From positions 1,415 through 65,414 of the forward strand of contig JAGRLZ010000201.1 of NCBI GenBank assembly GCA_020441545.1: a stretch of DNA of 64,000 nucleotides. Direction: 5' to 3'. Positions 18,146-28,118 of the stretch are shown here, piece after piece (positions within the stretch are counted from its first letter, which is position 1; each line of letters opens with the position of its first letter). The notes beneath the pieces are model-generated. The model had not been told where the DNA came from. It was given only the letters and a program-made list of their open reading frames with translations, and ran no database searches. The stretch is from Xanthobacteraceae bacterium. GTDB taxonomy: Bacteria > Pseudomonadota > Alphaproteobacteria > Rhizobiales > Xanthobacteraceae. The position numbers and the translations under genes are program-made.

Positions 18146-18607
18146 ATGCCGCGGCAATTCGCCAGTTTCGTGTCCGGCCTGATCTTCGGCGCGGGCCTGC
18201 TGATTTCCGGCATGACACGACCGGAGAAAGTGCTCGGCTTCCTCGACATCTTCGGTGCGTGGGACGCGACGCTGCTGTTCGTGATGGCGGGTGCGGTTGC
18301 CGTCACGGCGGCCGGCTTCGCGATGGCGCGCCGGCAAGCGCGGCCGATCCTCGCCCGCCATTTTCAGTGGCCGACCCGCCAGGATATCGATCCGCAATTG
18401 CTCGGCGGCGCGGCGCTGTTCGGCGTCGGCTGGGGGCTGGTCGGGCTGTGCCCTGGCCCGGCCCTTGTGAACCTCGCATGCCTCGGCGTGCCGGTGATCG
18501 TGTTCGTCGCCGCGATGGCGTGCGGCATGATCGGTGTCGATCTCTGGCGCGAACGCAAGGCCGCAACGGCCGGGGCCGGCGCGCCGCGGGCCACCGGACG
18601 GCCGTAA
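18146..18607 (+). CDS. YeeE/YedE-related membrane protein (part 2)
   Basis: The ATG lies 4 nt after the upstream stop. MPRQFASFVSGLIFGAGLLISGMTRPEKVLGFLD...GWGLVGLCPGPA. Confidence 0.8.
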   Translation: MPRQFASFVSGLIFGAGLLISGMTRPEKVLGFLDIFGAWDATLLFVMAGAVAVTAAGFAMARRQARPILARHFQWPTRQDIDPQLLGGAALFGVGWGLVGLCPGPALVNLACLGVPVIVFVAAMACGMIGVDLWRERKAATAGAGAPRATGRP

Positions 18608-18639
18608 GCTCCGAAACGACCGCACGGTCATTCCGCCAG

Positions 18640-18673
18640 AAAAAAAGCGCGCCCGGAAGCAGGCGCGCTTTTT
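18640..18673. terminator. Bidirectional rho-independent terminator
   Basis: A7-GCGCGCC-loop(8)-GGCGCGC-T5, between convergent genes ending at 18607 (+) and 18699 (-). Confidence 0.65.
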
Positions 18674-18698
18674 GTATTCAGCCGACCGAACCGGAAGC

Positions 18699-19181
18699 TC
18701 AGTCTTCTTCAAGGTGGCCGATGTGCTTCTGGGTGTAAAGCTCAAGGCCGATGCGGCCGATCAGGTCGAGCTGGGTTTCGAGGAAATCGATATGCTCCTC
18801 CTCGTCCTTCATCAGGCTCTCGAACAGGTCGCGCGAAACGTAGTCCTTCACGCCGTGGCAATAGGTTGCCGCCTCCTGGTAGAGCTCGCGCGCGCCATGC
18901 TCGGCGGCGAGATCGCATTCCAGGATCTCCTTGACGTTCTGGCCGATCCGCAGCGGATCGAGCACCTGCATGTTGGGAAACCCGTCCAGGAACAGGATCC
19001 GGTCGGTGAAGCGGTCGGCGTGATGCATCTCCTCAATGGATTCCTTGCGCCACTGCCTGGCCATCTCCTTGAGGCCCCAGTTGTCGAGCAGCCGGTAATG
19101 CAGCCAGTACTGGTTGATCGCGGTCAGCTCGCTGCGCAGACCCTTGTTGAGGTAGTCGATGACCTTTGCGTCACCCTTCAT
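18699..19181 (-). CDS. bfr: Bacterioferritin
   Basis: MKGDAKVIDYLNKGLRSELTAINQYWLHYRLLDNWG...EEEHIDFLETQL, a textbook Bfr sequence. Confidence 0.95.
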   Translation of the reverse strand: MKGDAKVIDYLNKGLRSELTAINQYWLHYRLLDNWGLKEMARQWRKESIEEMHHADRFTDRILFLDGFPNMQVLDPLRIGQNVKEILECDLAAEHGARELYQEAATYCHGVKDYVSRDLFESLMKDEEEHIDFLETQLDLIGRIGLELYTQKHIGHLEED

Positions 19182-19225
19182 CATTCGCTCCTGCCATTCC
19201 CGCGCGGTCGCGCGGCATCCATTAC

Positions 19226-19242
19226 TTTAGAATGTTTCTAAA
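19226..19242. promoter_or_regulatory. Iron control element (ICE, Irr-binding type) TTTAGAA-TGT-TTCTAAA
   Basis: Perfect match to the TTTAGAA-N3-TTCTAAA palindrome recalled for Bradyrhizobium Irr. It lies 42-45 nt upstream of the bfr start. Confidence 0.7.
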
Positions 19243-19413
19243 TCAGAACAGGCTCGAGAACAACCCTCTTCGCAGGCCATATGCGCGGCAACCAGCCGCG
19301 CCGGCGCCGACGCAAACGGGCGTCGAGCCATGGAAGTAACTATGGGAGGCGGCCATGGACGGCAGAGCGCGACGTATCGGGCGTGACCTGTCGGGACGAC
19401 GTATCGGCGGAAG

Positions 19414-19737
19414 TCAGGCCGCGGCGATCTGGAAGTCGAATTCGGCCGGCTGTGCGGCGGCGACCTGATCCGGCGTGGCGGCCGCGGCGTTTCGGAGGCC
19501 CTCATGTCGGTGGCCCTCATGCGCATGGCTGTGGGGACATCCGTCGCAGCAGGCCTTCGCACACGGCCCCAGAGCCTCGGTCATGATCTGCCGGATCGTC
19601 CGTGCGCAGCGGCCGCATTGAGCGCTGCAACCCAGGCAGCCATAGACCTGCCCGGCCGTACGCGGAATCCGGTCCCCCACGGTCACGGCGTTTCGAACGT
19701 CATGGTCGCTCAGGACATTGCAGGAGCAGATAATCAT
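19414..19737 (-). CDS. bfd: Bacterioferritin-associated ferredoxin (Bfd) with a His/Cys-rich C-terminal extension
   Basis: From ATG 19737: MIICSCNVLSDHDV...GCLGCSAQCGRCARTIRQI (BFD [2Fe-2S] motif), then ...CAKACCDGCPHSHAHEGHRHEG.... Confidence 0.8.
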   Translation of the reverse strand: MIICSCNVLSDHDVRNAVTVGDRIPRTAGQVYGCLGCSAQCGRCARTIRQIMTEALGPCAKACCDGCPHSHAHEGHRHEGLRNAAAATPDQVAAAQPAEFDFQIAAA

Positions 19738-20072
19738 GAAGGGAAACAAACTCCCGGGGTGAACTCGCCCTTGGATAGGAAACCCGCCCCGCCGATGCAA
19801 AGGGAAAGCGAGCAGTTTGAAGCTATTCCAAACTGCCGGCCGGCCGTCGGGCCCGCCTTGAACCCCGGTTCCCGCTGGCGCGACACAGGAGGAACATCGC
19901 CTCGACAGGGGGATGCCGGGGAAACCCCGCTAAACCTCTCGCGGCGCAACAAACCAATCCCGATCGTGGCGGCATTCGGCGGCCACGTTCATTCAACGTT
20001 CAAATGAAGTGTGAAGACTCCGCCCGACGGTTCGCCAGATGCGGGCCCCGGATTTCGAAGAAAGGTGACGTC

Positions 20073-20363
20073 ATGAAGAAGTCTTTGATGGCCATTGCGG
20101 CCGCCGCGACGTTGGCTGTCTCGGTGCTGGCAGCGCCTCAGGCCGCGGAAGCCCGCGGCGGCCGGATTGCTGCGGGCGTAGCCGCCGGCGTGATCGGCGG
20201 CGCGCTGCTCGGCGGCGCGCTGGCCGGCCCCGGTTATTACGGCCCCGGCCCAGGCTATTATGGCGGACCGGCCTATGTCGCCGCGCCGGACTGCTACCTG
20301 CAACGTCAGCGTTTCTGGGACGGCTACCGCTGGCGCGTCCGCCGCGTGCAGGTCTGCGATTGA
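20073..20363 (+). CDS. Small secreted Gly-rich protein, C-terminal C-x10-W-D-G-Y-x-W-R-x-R-R-x-x-V-C-D motif
   Basis: Signal peptide MKKSLMAIAAAATLAVSVLAAPQAAEA, a Gly-zipper-like stretch, and C-terminal CYLQRQRFWDGYRWRVRRVQVCD. Confidence 0.65.
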   Translation: MKKSLMAIAAAATLAVSVLAAPQAAEARGGRIAAGVAAGVIGGALLGGALAGPGYYGPGPGYYGGPAYVAAPDCYLQRQRFWDGYRWRVRRVQVCD

Positions 20364-20589
20364 CGCAGCCTTGCGCGTGATGTGATAGACATCGAACGCT
20401 CCGGACCCATCCGCGGTCCGGGGCGTTTCCACGACCGGCTCGAAAATGCCGTTATTCGAGTCGATGGACATCACCGGAGACGGCTTCGGGTCGGCCGACG
20501 GCCGGCAAACGGCAGCATGATGGGCTTTCGCTTCCGGTGCGCGGATCGTGCATCGTTCAAGAGGAACATCGTTCAAGAGGGACATCGCG

Positions 20590-20895
20590 ATGAAGAAGAC
20601 ACTCTCTACCTTGCTTGTGATCGGAACGGTTGCGGGCGCGCTCGCGGCGGCCACGCCTGCCGCCGAGGCGCGTGGCGGCCGCATCGCCGCCGGCGTGGCC
20701 GGCGGCCTGCTTGGCGGCGCACTGCTCGGCGCCGCGATCGCCAATTCGCAGCCGGCCTATGCCGCGCCCCCGCCGCCGCCGGGCTATTATGCCCCGCCGC
20801 CGGCCTATGTGGACGAGCCGCCCTGCCACTTCGAGCGCGAACGGTTCTGGGACGGCTACGGCTGGCGTATGCGCCGCATTCGCGTGTGCGATTGA
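20590..20895 (+). CDS. Small secreted Gly/Pro-rich protein, paralog of 20073..20363
   Basis: MKKTLSTLLVIGTVAGALAAATPAAEA..., C-terminal CHFERERFWDGYGWRMRRIRVCD. Confidence 0.65.
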   Translation: MKKTLSTLLVIGTVAGALAAATPAAEARGGRIAAGVAGGLLGGALLGAAIANSQPAYAAPPPPPGYYAPPPAYVDEPPCHFERERFWDGYGWRMRRIRVCD

Positions 20896-20954
20896 TCGCG
20901 CGGCGCTCGGTCTACACGACCAGAACCATTTCGCTCGAAAACGCTCGAACGACA

Positions 20955-20985
20955 GCCCGGCCTCTCGCGGCCGGGCTTTTCGTTT
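20955..20985 (+). terminator. Rho-independent terminator
   Basis: GCCCGGCC-TCTCGC-GGCCGGGC followed by TTTTCGTTT. Confidence 0.55.
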
Positions 20986-21033
20986 GCGTGCTTGCTGTCC
21001 GGGGGCTTGCTGTTTGCGGGCTCGACCGGAACT

Positions 21034-22296
21034 TCAGCGCGCGCCGTTCATCGCGCGCAGCACCGCCTGGCTCGGCCAGCAATCGACCTTGAGACGGGCT
21101 GACTTCTGGAACGCGCCGAGCGCCGAGCGGGTCAGCATGCCGGCCTTGCCGTCGATCTTGTCGCGATACAGCCCGAGCCTGGCGAGATGCCGCTGCATCG
21201 CCTCGACGTCGCGGCTGCGCAGCTGGGTCGAGGCCGACCATGGCGTCGCGAACGGCCGCGGGTCCGTCATCCGGTCCGCCAGGTGCCCGACGAACAGCAC
21301 ATAGAGATCGGAGAAATTGTATTCCTTGATGACGAAGTAGTTCTTCGTGGTCAGGAAGGACGGACCGTAGATGCCTTCGGGTTGCAGCAGCGACGCAGGC
21401 TGCGCCCGCTCCGCCGCGCTCAGGCGCTGTCCGCGCACCGGCGCGAAGCCGGCCCGCAGCCATTCGCCGATCGGCCGGGTGACTTCGGGAACCCCTTGCG
21501 TGCAATCGACGTTGCGCGGCGCCTGCACCTCATAGGCCCAGCGCAATCCCGGCTGCCACCCCTTGTTGACGAGTTGCCGCGCCGCCGAGGCCAGCGCATC
21601 CGGAATCGAGGTCCAGATGTCGACGCGGCCGTCGCCGTCGAAATCGACGCCGTGCTTGTCAAGCTCCGACGGCAGGAATTGCGTCAGCCCGGTCGCGCCG
21701 GCCCATGACGAGCGGAAGTCCTTGCGCGCGACGTCGCCGTCCTGAAGGATCTTCAGCGCCAGGATGAACTCGTTGCGATATTGTTCCTTGCGGCGGCCGA
21801 CATAGGCCTGCGTCGCCACCACGCGCAGCGTGTCGTAAGGCAGGCGGTAGCGGCCGTAATCGGTCTCGCGGCCCCAGATCGCAAGGATCACCGGGCCCGG
21901 CACGCCGAAGCGTCGCTCGATCGCGGACAGCGTCGCGCGATGCCGCCGCATCAGCTTGCGGCCCTGCGCCGCCAGCCGCTCGATGGTCTTCTCCTTGAGA
22001 TAGGCGGCGGGCACCTGCACGAATTCGGCCTGCGCCGGCGCGCCGGTCTTCGGCCGGCCCGGCAGCGCCAGATCGGGCAGCTTGTAGTCCGGCGCGAGCC
22101 CGCGCGTCTGCGCCTCGAACGTGGCGCGCGTCACGCCGGCCTTGTGCGCATCCGGCCACACCGATTCCAGAAAGCGCGCGAAGCCGGCATCCACCGCACG
22201 CGCGCCCGGCGCGGCGACGCACAGCGCGACGACGACGCCGGCCGCGATCAGGCAGCGCCGCGCCAGCACGGCGAGGTTATGCGGCCGCCGCGCCAT
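21034..22296 (-). CDS. Lytic murein transglycosylase (MltB family) with C-terminal peptidoglycan-binding domain
   Basis: From ATG 22296: [10 protein letters not shown]... signal; ILAIWGRETDYG, GATGLTQFLPS, DFDGDGRVDIW; C-terminal PG_binding_1-like VEAMQRHLARLGLY. The 650-aa track ORF is an artefactual extension. Confidence 0.85.
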   Translation of the reverse strand: MARRPHNLAVLARRCLIAAGVVVALCVAAPGARAVDAGFARFLESVWPDAHKAGVTRATFEAQTRGLAPDYKLPDLALPGRPKTGAPAQAEFVQVPAAYLKEKTIERLAAQGRKLMRRHRATLSAIERRFGVPGPVILAIWGRETDYGRYRLPYDTLRVVATQAYVGRRKEQYRNEFILALKILQDGDVARKDFRSSWAGATGLTQFLPSELDKHGVDFDGDGRVDIWTSIPDALASAARQLVNKGWQPGLRWAYEVQAPRNVDCTQGVPEVTRPIGEWLRAGFAPVRGQRLSAAERAQPASLLQPEGIYGPSFLTTKNYFVIKEYNFSDLYVLFVGHLADRMTDPRPFATPWSASTQLRSRDVEAMQRHLARLGLYRDKIDGKAGMLTRSALGAFQKSARLKVDCWPSQAVLRAMNGAR

Positions 22297-22898
22297 CAAT
22301 GAAGCGCTCCCGCGTGGGCAGCGTGGGCCGCCTTTTCCGTGTCGCTCAACAGCCGGTCGACATAGGCGATGCCGACAGCCGAGATGATGAAGACGATATG
22401 GATGATGGTCTGCCACATCACGCCGGTCTCCGTGTAGTTCGTCGTGCGGTCGACGCCGCCGAGATTGCCAGCCTCGATGAAGGTCCGCAGCAGGTGGATC
22501 GACGAAATGCCGATGATCGCCATCGCCAGCTTGATCTTCAGCACGCTGGCATTGACGTGGCTGAGCCATTCCGGCTCGTCGGGATGGCCTTCGAGATTGA
22601 GCCGCGACACGAAGGTCTCGTAGCCGCCGACGATCACCATCACCAGGAGGTTCGAGATCATCACCACGTCGATCAGGCCGAGAACCACCAGCATGATCTG
22701 CTGCTCGGAGAAGTCCATCGCATGGGTGACGAGATGCCATAGCTCCTTGAGGAACAGCACCGCATAGACCGCCTGCCCCACGATCAGGCCGACATAGAGC
22801 GGCAGCTGAAGCCAGCGCGAGCTGAAGATCAACAGCGGGATCGGCCGCAGGCGGGCGGGACCGGGCGGCGGCAAGGGAGTCTCGGGCGTCATCGACAT
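22296..22898 (-). CDS. UPF0114/YqhA family membrane protein
   Basis: [13 protein letters not shown]..., GYETFVS..., SSIHLLRTF. It aligns by eye with E. coli YqhA. The stop overlaps the mltB-like ATG by 1 nt (TGATG). Confidence 0.8.
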   Translation of the reverse strand: MSMTPETPLPPPGPARLRPIPLLIFSSRWLQLPLYVGLIVGQAVYAVLFLKELWHLVTHAMDFSEQQIMLVVLGLIDVVMISNLLVMVIVGGYETFVSRLNLEGHPDEPEWLSHVNASVLKIKLAMAIIGISSIHLLRTFIEAGNLGGVDRTTNYTETGVMWQTIIHIVFIISAVGIAYVDRLLSDTEKAAHAAHAGALH

Positions 22899-23052
22899 GG
22901 CGGGGATGGTCTCTGATGAAAGAATACGATCTGAAGAAAACGTGATTCCGGTGAAAGGCCGCGTCCGGCGCGAGCCGGGCCGTCACGTAGCGGCGGATTT
23001 TGCCTGATTCGTGTTGCGCCGGCGCGATCGCGCAGCATTCGGCTGCGAAATA

Positions 23053-23823
23053 TCAGCGCACCGCGACGATGAAAATCCGTGGAAACCGCAGCATCACCCT
23101 GCCGTCCTCCAGCGGGAGGTAGGCGGCGGCGACCCGCGCGGTGTATTCGGCGAGGTAGAGCTTGCGCTCCGGCAGGTCGAGCGGATCGAGGAACGGCCGC
23201 AGGCCGGTACCCTTGACCCATTCGACGATGGCGGCAGGGTCGTCCAGCACATGGTTGTAGATCGCGTGCCAGACCTCGAGCCGGCTGCACGACGGCCGGA
23301 GCGCGTCGTAATAGTCGCGCGGCCGCGGCAGCGCCGCGCGCATCCGCGCAGCATCCGCAAGTTGCGCGCGGAACGGCTCCTCGAACGCGACGTCGCGCAT
23401 CAGCACGTGGGTCGGCTCGTCGAGATTGTCGGGCATCTGCACCGCGAGCGCGCCGCCCGGCGAGAGCTTGCCGACCAGGCGCTTGAGATGCTTGAGGTGG
23501 TCCGGCACCCACTGGAACACGGCGTTGGCGAACAGCACGTCGGTCTCCGCCGGCGGCACCCAGTGCGCGACATTGGCCTCGATGAAGGTCTGGTCCGGCA
23601 GCCGTTCGCGGGCCTGCTTCAGCATGTCCGCCGAGGTGTCGATGCCGGTGACCGCGGCCTCCGGCCAGCGCCGGACCAGAAGCTCGGTCGAATTGCCCGG
23701 CCCGCACCCGATATCCACCACGGTGCGCGCCTGCAGAAGCGGCACCTGCGCCAGAAGGTCACGCGCGGGGCGCGTCCGCTCGTCCTCGAACTTCAGATAT
23801 TGCGCGGCGCTCCAGTCGGCCAT
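23053..23823 (-). CDS. tam: Trans-aconitate 2-methyltransferase
   Basis: [24 protein letters not shown]...[13 protein letters not shown]...[11 protein letters not shown], a Tam-like sequence. Confidence 0.85.
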   Translation of the reverse strand: MADWSAAQYLKFEDERTRPARDLLAQVPLLQARTVVDIGCGPGNSTELLVRRWPEAAVTGIDTSADMLKQARERLPDQTFIEANVAHWVPPAETDVLFANAVFQWVPDHLKHLKRLVGKLSPGGALAVQMPDNLDEPTHVLMRDVAFEEPFRAQLADAARMRAALPRPRDYYDALRPSCSRLEVWHAIYNHVLDDPAAIVEWVKGTGLRPFLDPLDLPERKLYLAEYTARVAAAYLPLEDGRVMLRFPRIFIVAVR

Positions 23824-23888
23824 GGATTTATTCCGCCTGTTTGCAGACGCCTACGCTTTAATGGAAAGGCCGGCCGATTGCAAATCAA

Positions 23889-23909
23889 TGTATATGTTCA
23901 TAATATACA
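23889..23909. promoter_or_regulatory. Inverted repeat TGTATAT-N7-ATATACA, candidate brnTA operator/promoter
   Basis: Perfect 7-bp arms ending 4 nt before the brnT ATG, in an AT-rich stretch. Confidence 0.4.
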
Positions 23910-23912
23910 AAA

Positions 23913-24209
23913 ATGATCGACCTCGACCAGATTGTCGGATTTGAATGGGACGACGGCAACCGCTGGAAAAATGCTCATAAGCAAGGTGTCAGCCCGATGG
24001 AGGCCGAGCAGGTGTTCCTGAATCTCCTGCTTCTGCATGACACAGAGCACAGCACCACCGAGCCGCGATTCCATGCCTACGGAAAGACACATGCCGGTCG
24101 TCTGCTACAAATCGCCTTTACGCTGAGACAGGATGCAACGATGCTGCGGGTTGTTTCTGCCCGCCCGATGAGTGCGAAGGAGCGCACGCGCTATGCCGAA
24201 GAAACTTAA
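23913..24209 (+). CDS. brnT: BrnT family toxin (DUF497 ribonuclease toxin)
   Basis: FEWDDGNRWKNAHKQGVS..EAEQVF... ....RVVSARPMSAKERTRY, a typical BrnT/DUF497 pattern. Lower-GC region. Confidence 0.8.
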   Translation: MIDLDQIVGFEWDDGNRWKNAHKQGVSPMEAEQVFLNLLLLHDTEHSTTEPRFHAYGKTHAGRLLQIAFTLRQDATMLRVVSARPMSAKERTRYAEET

Positions 24210-24453
24210 GCGAGTCCCCAAATTCGCCAACGAAGCCGCGGAACGTGCGTTCTGGGAAACACACGACACCGCCGATTATTTCGACCTGAGCAAGGCCGTC
24301 CCGGCACGATTTCCAAATCTCAAACCGTCAACGACGGCGATCTCGCTGCGGTTGCCGGTGAGCCTGTTGGAACAGATCAAGATCGCCGCCAACAAGCGCG
24401 ACGTGCCTTATCAGTCGCTCATCAAGATGTGGCTGGCGGAGAAGGTGGGGTAA
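24193..24453 (+). CDS. brnA: BrnA family antitoxin
   Basis: FWETHDTADYFD... ISLRLPVSLLEQIKIAANKRDVPYQSLIKMWLAEKV (RHH-type C-terminus). Overlaps the brnT 3' end by 17 nt. An alternative GTG start lies at 24172. Confidence 0.75.
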   Translation: MPKKLKRVPKFANEAAERAFWETHDTADYFDLSKAVPARFPNLKPSTTAISLRLPVSLLEQIKIAANKRDVPYQSLIKMWLAEKVG

Positions 24454-24469
24454 GCGTTTCATATCGCCG

Positions 24470-24670
24470 CTACGCTTCGCTCAACTCCAGACGCCGCTCG
24501 ATGCGTTCGACCCGCATATCGAGCCGATCCATTCGATTGGAGAGATTGGCATACTGGCTTTCGAGGATGCCGAGCCGGCTTTTCACCTCGCGCATGTCGT
24601 CACGCATCGCGTCGACAGCACCGCGGATGTGGCGCAGGTGTTCCAGTACAAGGTTTTCCGCCTCGGTCAT
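24470..24670 (-). CDS. 66-aa coiled-coil protein of unknown function
   Basis: ATG start, heptad-like sequence (RLGILESQYANLSNRMDRLDMRVERIERRLE). Convergent with brnA, 16 nt apart. Confidence 0.45.
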   Translation of the reverse strand: MTEAENLVLEHLRHIRGAVDAMRDDMREVKSRLGILESQYANLSNRMDRLDMRVERIERRLELSEA

Positions 24671-24710
24671 GGCTGCTCCATACTACTAATTTCAGCTTAA
24701 CACGCTTTCC

Positions 24711-26363
<1,653 letters not shown>

Positions 26364-26609
26364 CGTGTTCCTTGAACCCATCCAATGTCGGGGAAGTGGA
26401 AAGCGGAAAAATCGGTTGCCGCTGATGTAGCGGCGCTGCCCGCAAAGGGCAACCGCGGCCTTTAAGGGTTTGCAAACCCTGACCTCAGGTCGGCGCTCGG
26501 TAACGACAATTCAAACCTGTTTTTAATCAGTTGGAGCGACGCTTGAGGGATCGGTTGAACGTGATCCACACCACAGAACACCGGCGCGAGCAGTGACAGA
26601 GTACGTGCC

Positions 26610-26813
26610 ATGACAACGATCGCCACCCAGAACCCATCCGCCTCCAACGCCTCGCGGCGGCGCCACGGCCCGTTCCACGAGATCGCGGATTTCTTCCGCC
26701 AGTTCATCGTGGCGGCCTTCCACCCCTATCGTCCGGAACTGCACTACATGCGCGGTCCCGGGCCGGCCTGCGAACGCAAGCAGGGGCCGACGGCGCATCG
26801 CCACCTGATCTGA
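26610..26813 (+). CDS. Conserved-looking 67-aa hypothetical protein (…PYRPELHYMRGPGP…)
   Basis: ATG start and strongly G/C-biased third positions. No function known. Confidence 0.55.
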   Translation: MTTIATQNPSASNASRRRHGPFHEIADFFRQFIVAAFHPYRPELHYMRGPGPACERKQGPTAHRHLI

Positions 26814-26915
26814 GCGCGAATCCGGCATCGCTTGCGCCCGGCGCTGCAACGCGCGACCATGGCGCCCTTGCGGCACATCCGCCGCGCTCAAGCAAGCTGA
26901 CGGACCCTGCCCGCC

Positions 26916-27887
26916 ATGCCAACCGCCTCGCCACGGCTGCGCTGCGCGATCCTCGACGACTACCAGAACGTCGCCCTGAAACTGGCCGACTGGTCGGCGC
27001 TGGCGGACCGCATCGACATCACCGTGTTCGACCGGCCGTTCGCCTCGGCCGGGGACGCCGTCGCGGCGCTCAGGGACTTCGCCGTCATTTGCGCCATGCG
27101 CGAGCGCACGCCGTTCGGCCGCGACATGCTCGAGGCCCTGCCCAACCTCAAGCTGCTGCTGACGTCCGGGATGCGCAATGCGTCGTTCGATCTGGACGCC
27201 GCCAAGGCGCGCGGCGTCACGGTGTGCGGCACCGGCGCGTTCGGCAATCCGACCGCCGGCCTGACGATCGCCCTGATGCTCGAACTGACCCGGCATATCG
27301 GCTTCGAGAACGCGCGCATGAAGGCCGGCGAGCGCTGGCAGGTGACGCTCGGGCAGGATCTCGAGGGCAAGGCGCTCGGCGTGGTCGGCCTCGGCAAGCT
27401 CGGCCGGAAGGTGGCGAAGATTGCGCAGGCGATGGAGATGAAGGTGATCGCCTGGAGCCCCAATCTGACGCCGGACGCCTGCGAGGCGGCCGGCGTCGGC
27501 TACGCGACCAGGGACGACCTGTTCGCAACCTCCGATATCGTCACCATCCATCTGGTGCTGGGCGAGCGCTCGCGCGGCCTCATCGGCGCCGCCGATCTGG
27601 CGCGGATGAAGCCGACCGCCTATCTCGTCAATACCGCGCGCGGCCCGATCGTCGACGAGGCGGCGCTGCTTGCGGCGCTGCAAGGCCGGCGCATCGCCGG
27701 CGCCGCGCTGGACACCTTCGCGCAGGAACCGCTGCCGCTCGACCACCCGTTGCGCAAGCTCGACAACGTGGTGCTGACACCGCATCTCGGCTACGTCACC
27801 GAGGACAACTATCGCCGCTACTACACTGACATGGTGGAAGGCATCGGCGCCTGGCTCGACGGCCGGCCGGTGCGTGTCGTCGGCTAG
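26916..27887 (+). CDS. D-isomer-specific 2-hydroxyacid dehydrogenase family protein
   Basis: GVVGLGKLGRKVA NAD-binding fold, NTARGPIVDE, TPHLGY. The TAG stop lies inside the CTAG terminus of the following repeat. Confidence 0.85.
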   Translation: MPTASPRLRCAILDDYQNVALKLADWSALADRIDITVFDRPFASAGDAVAALRDFAVICAMRERTPFGRDMLEALPNLKLLLTSGMRNASFDLDAAKARGVTVCGTGAFGNPTAGLTIALMLELTRHIGFENARMKAGERWQVTLGQDLEGKALGVVGLGKLGRKVAKIAQAMEMKVIAWSPNLTPDACEAAGVGYATRDDLFATSDIVTIHLVLGERSRGLIGAADLARMKPTAYLVNTARGPIVDEAALLAALQGRRIAGAALDTFAQEPLPLDHPLRKLDNVVLTPHLGYVTEDNYRRYYTDMVEGIGAWLDGRPVRVVG

Positions 27888-28118
27888 AGCCATTCCCGTT
27901 CAGATCAGATCGGAACGGGGCTCTATATCCTTGTTTTAACGCGTTTTCTTGACGCGAACCGGGACCCACCTCGCTCGAAAACGCTCTGGCAGGCTGCCGA
28001 AAAGTTCTCGGTTGTCATTCCGGACGCCGCGCAAGCGGCGATCCGGAATCCAACAGATGCGAAGAAAATCAGTGTGGCTCGCTTCCGGGGTCGCACCCTT
28101 GGTGCGCCCCGGAACGAC
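27884..28118. repeat. Composite repeat: type-A element (27884..27986) + 27-nt spacer + type-B GTCATTCC...GGAACGAC element (28014..28118)
   Basis: Same order, orientation and spacer length as the copy at 46997..47230. Confidence 0.85.

Noticed and set aside
19356-19469. Plus-strand mini-ORF MDGRARRIGRDLSGRRIG... with a GGGAGG SD between bfr and bfd
   Set aside because: It overlaps the bfd 3' end antisense. The composition is Arg/Gly-rich and the SD-like motif is probably fortuitous in GC-rich DNA.
21034-22986. 650-aa version of the MltB-like ORF, and the 530-aa version of the SMP-30 ORF (37766..39358)
   Set aside because: The N-terminal extensions overlap neighbouring genes or repeats in another frame and lack signal or motif content. 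Internal ATGs (22296 and 38695) give canonical N-termini.
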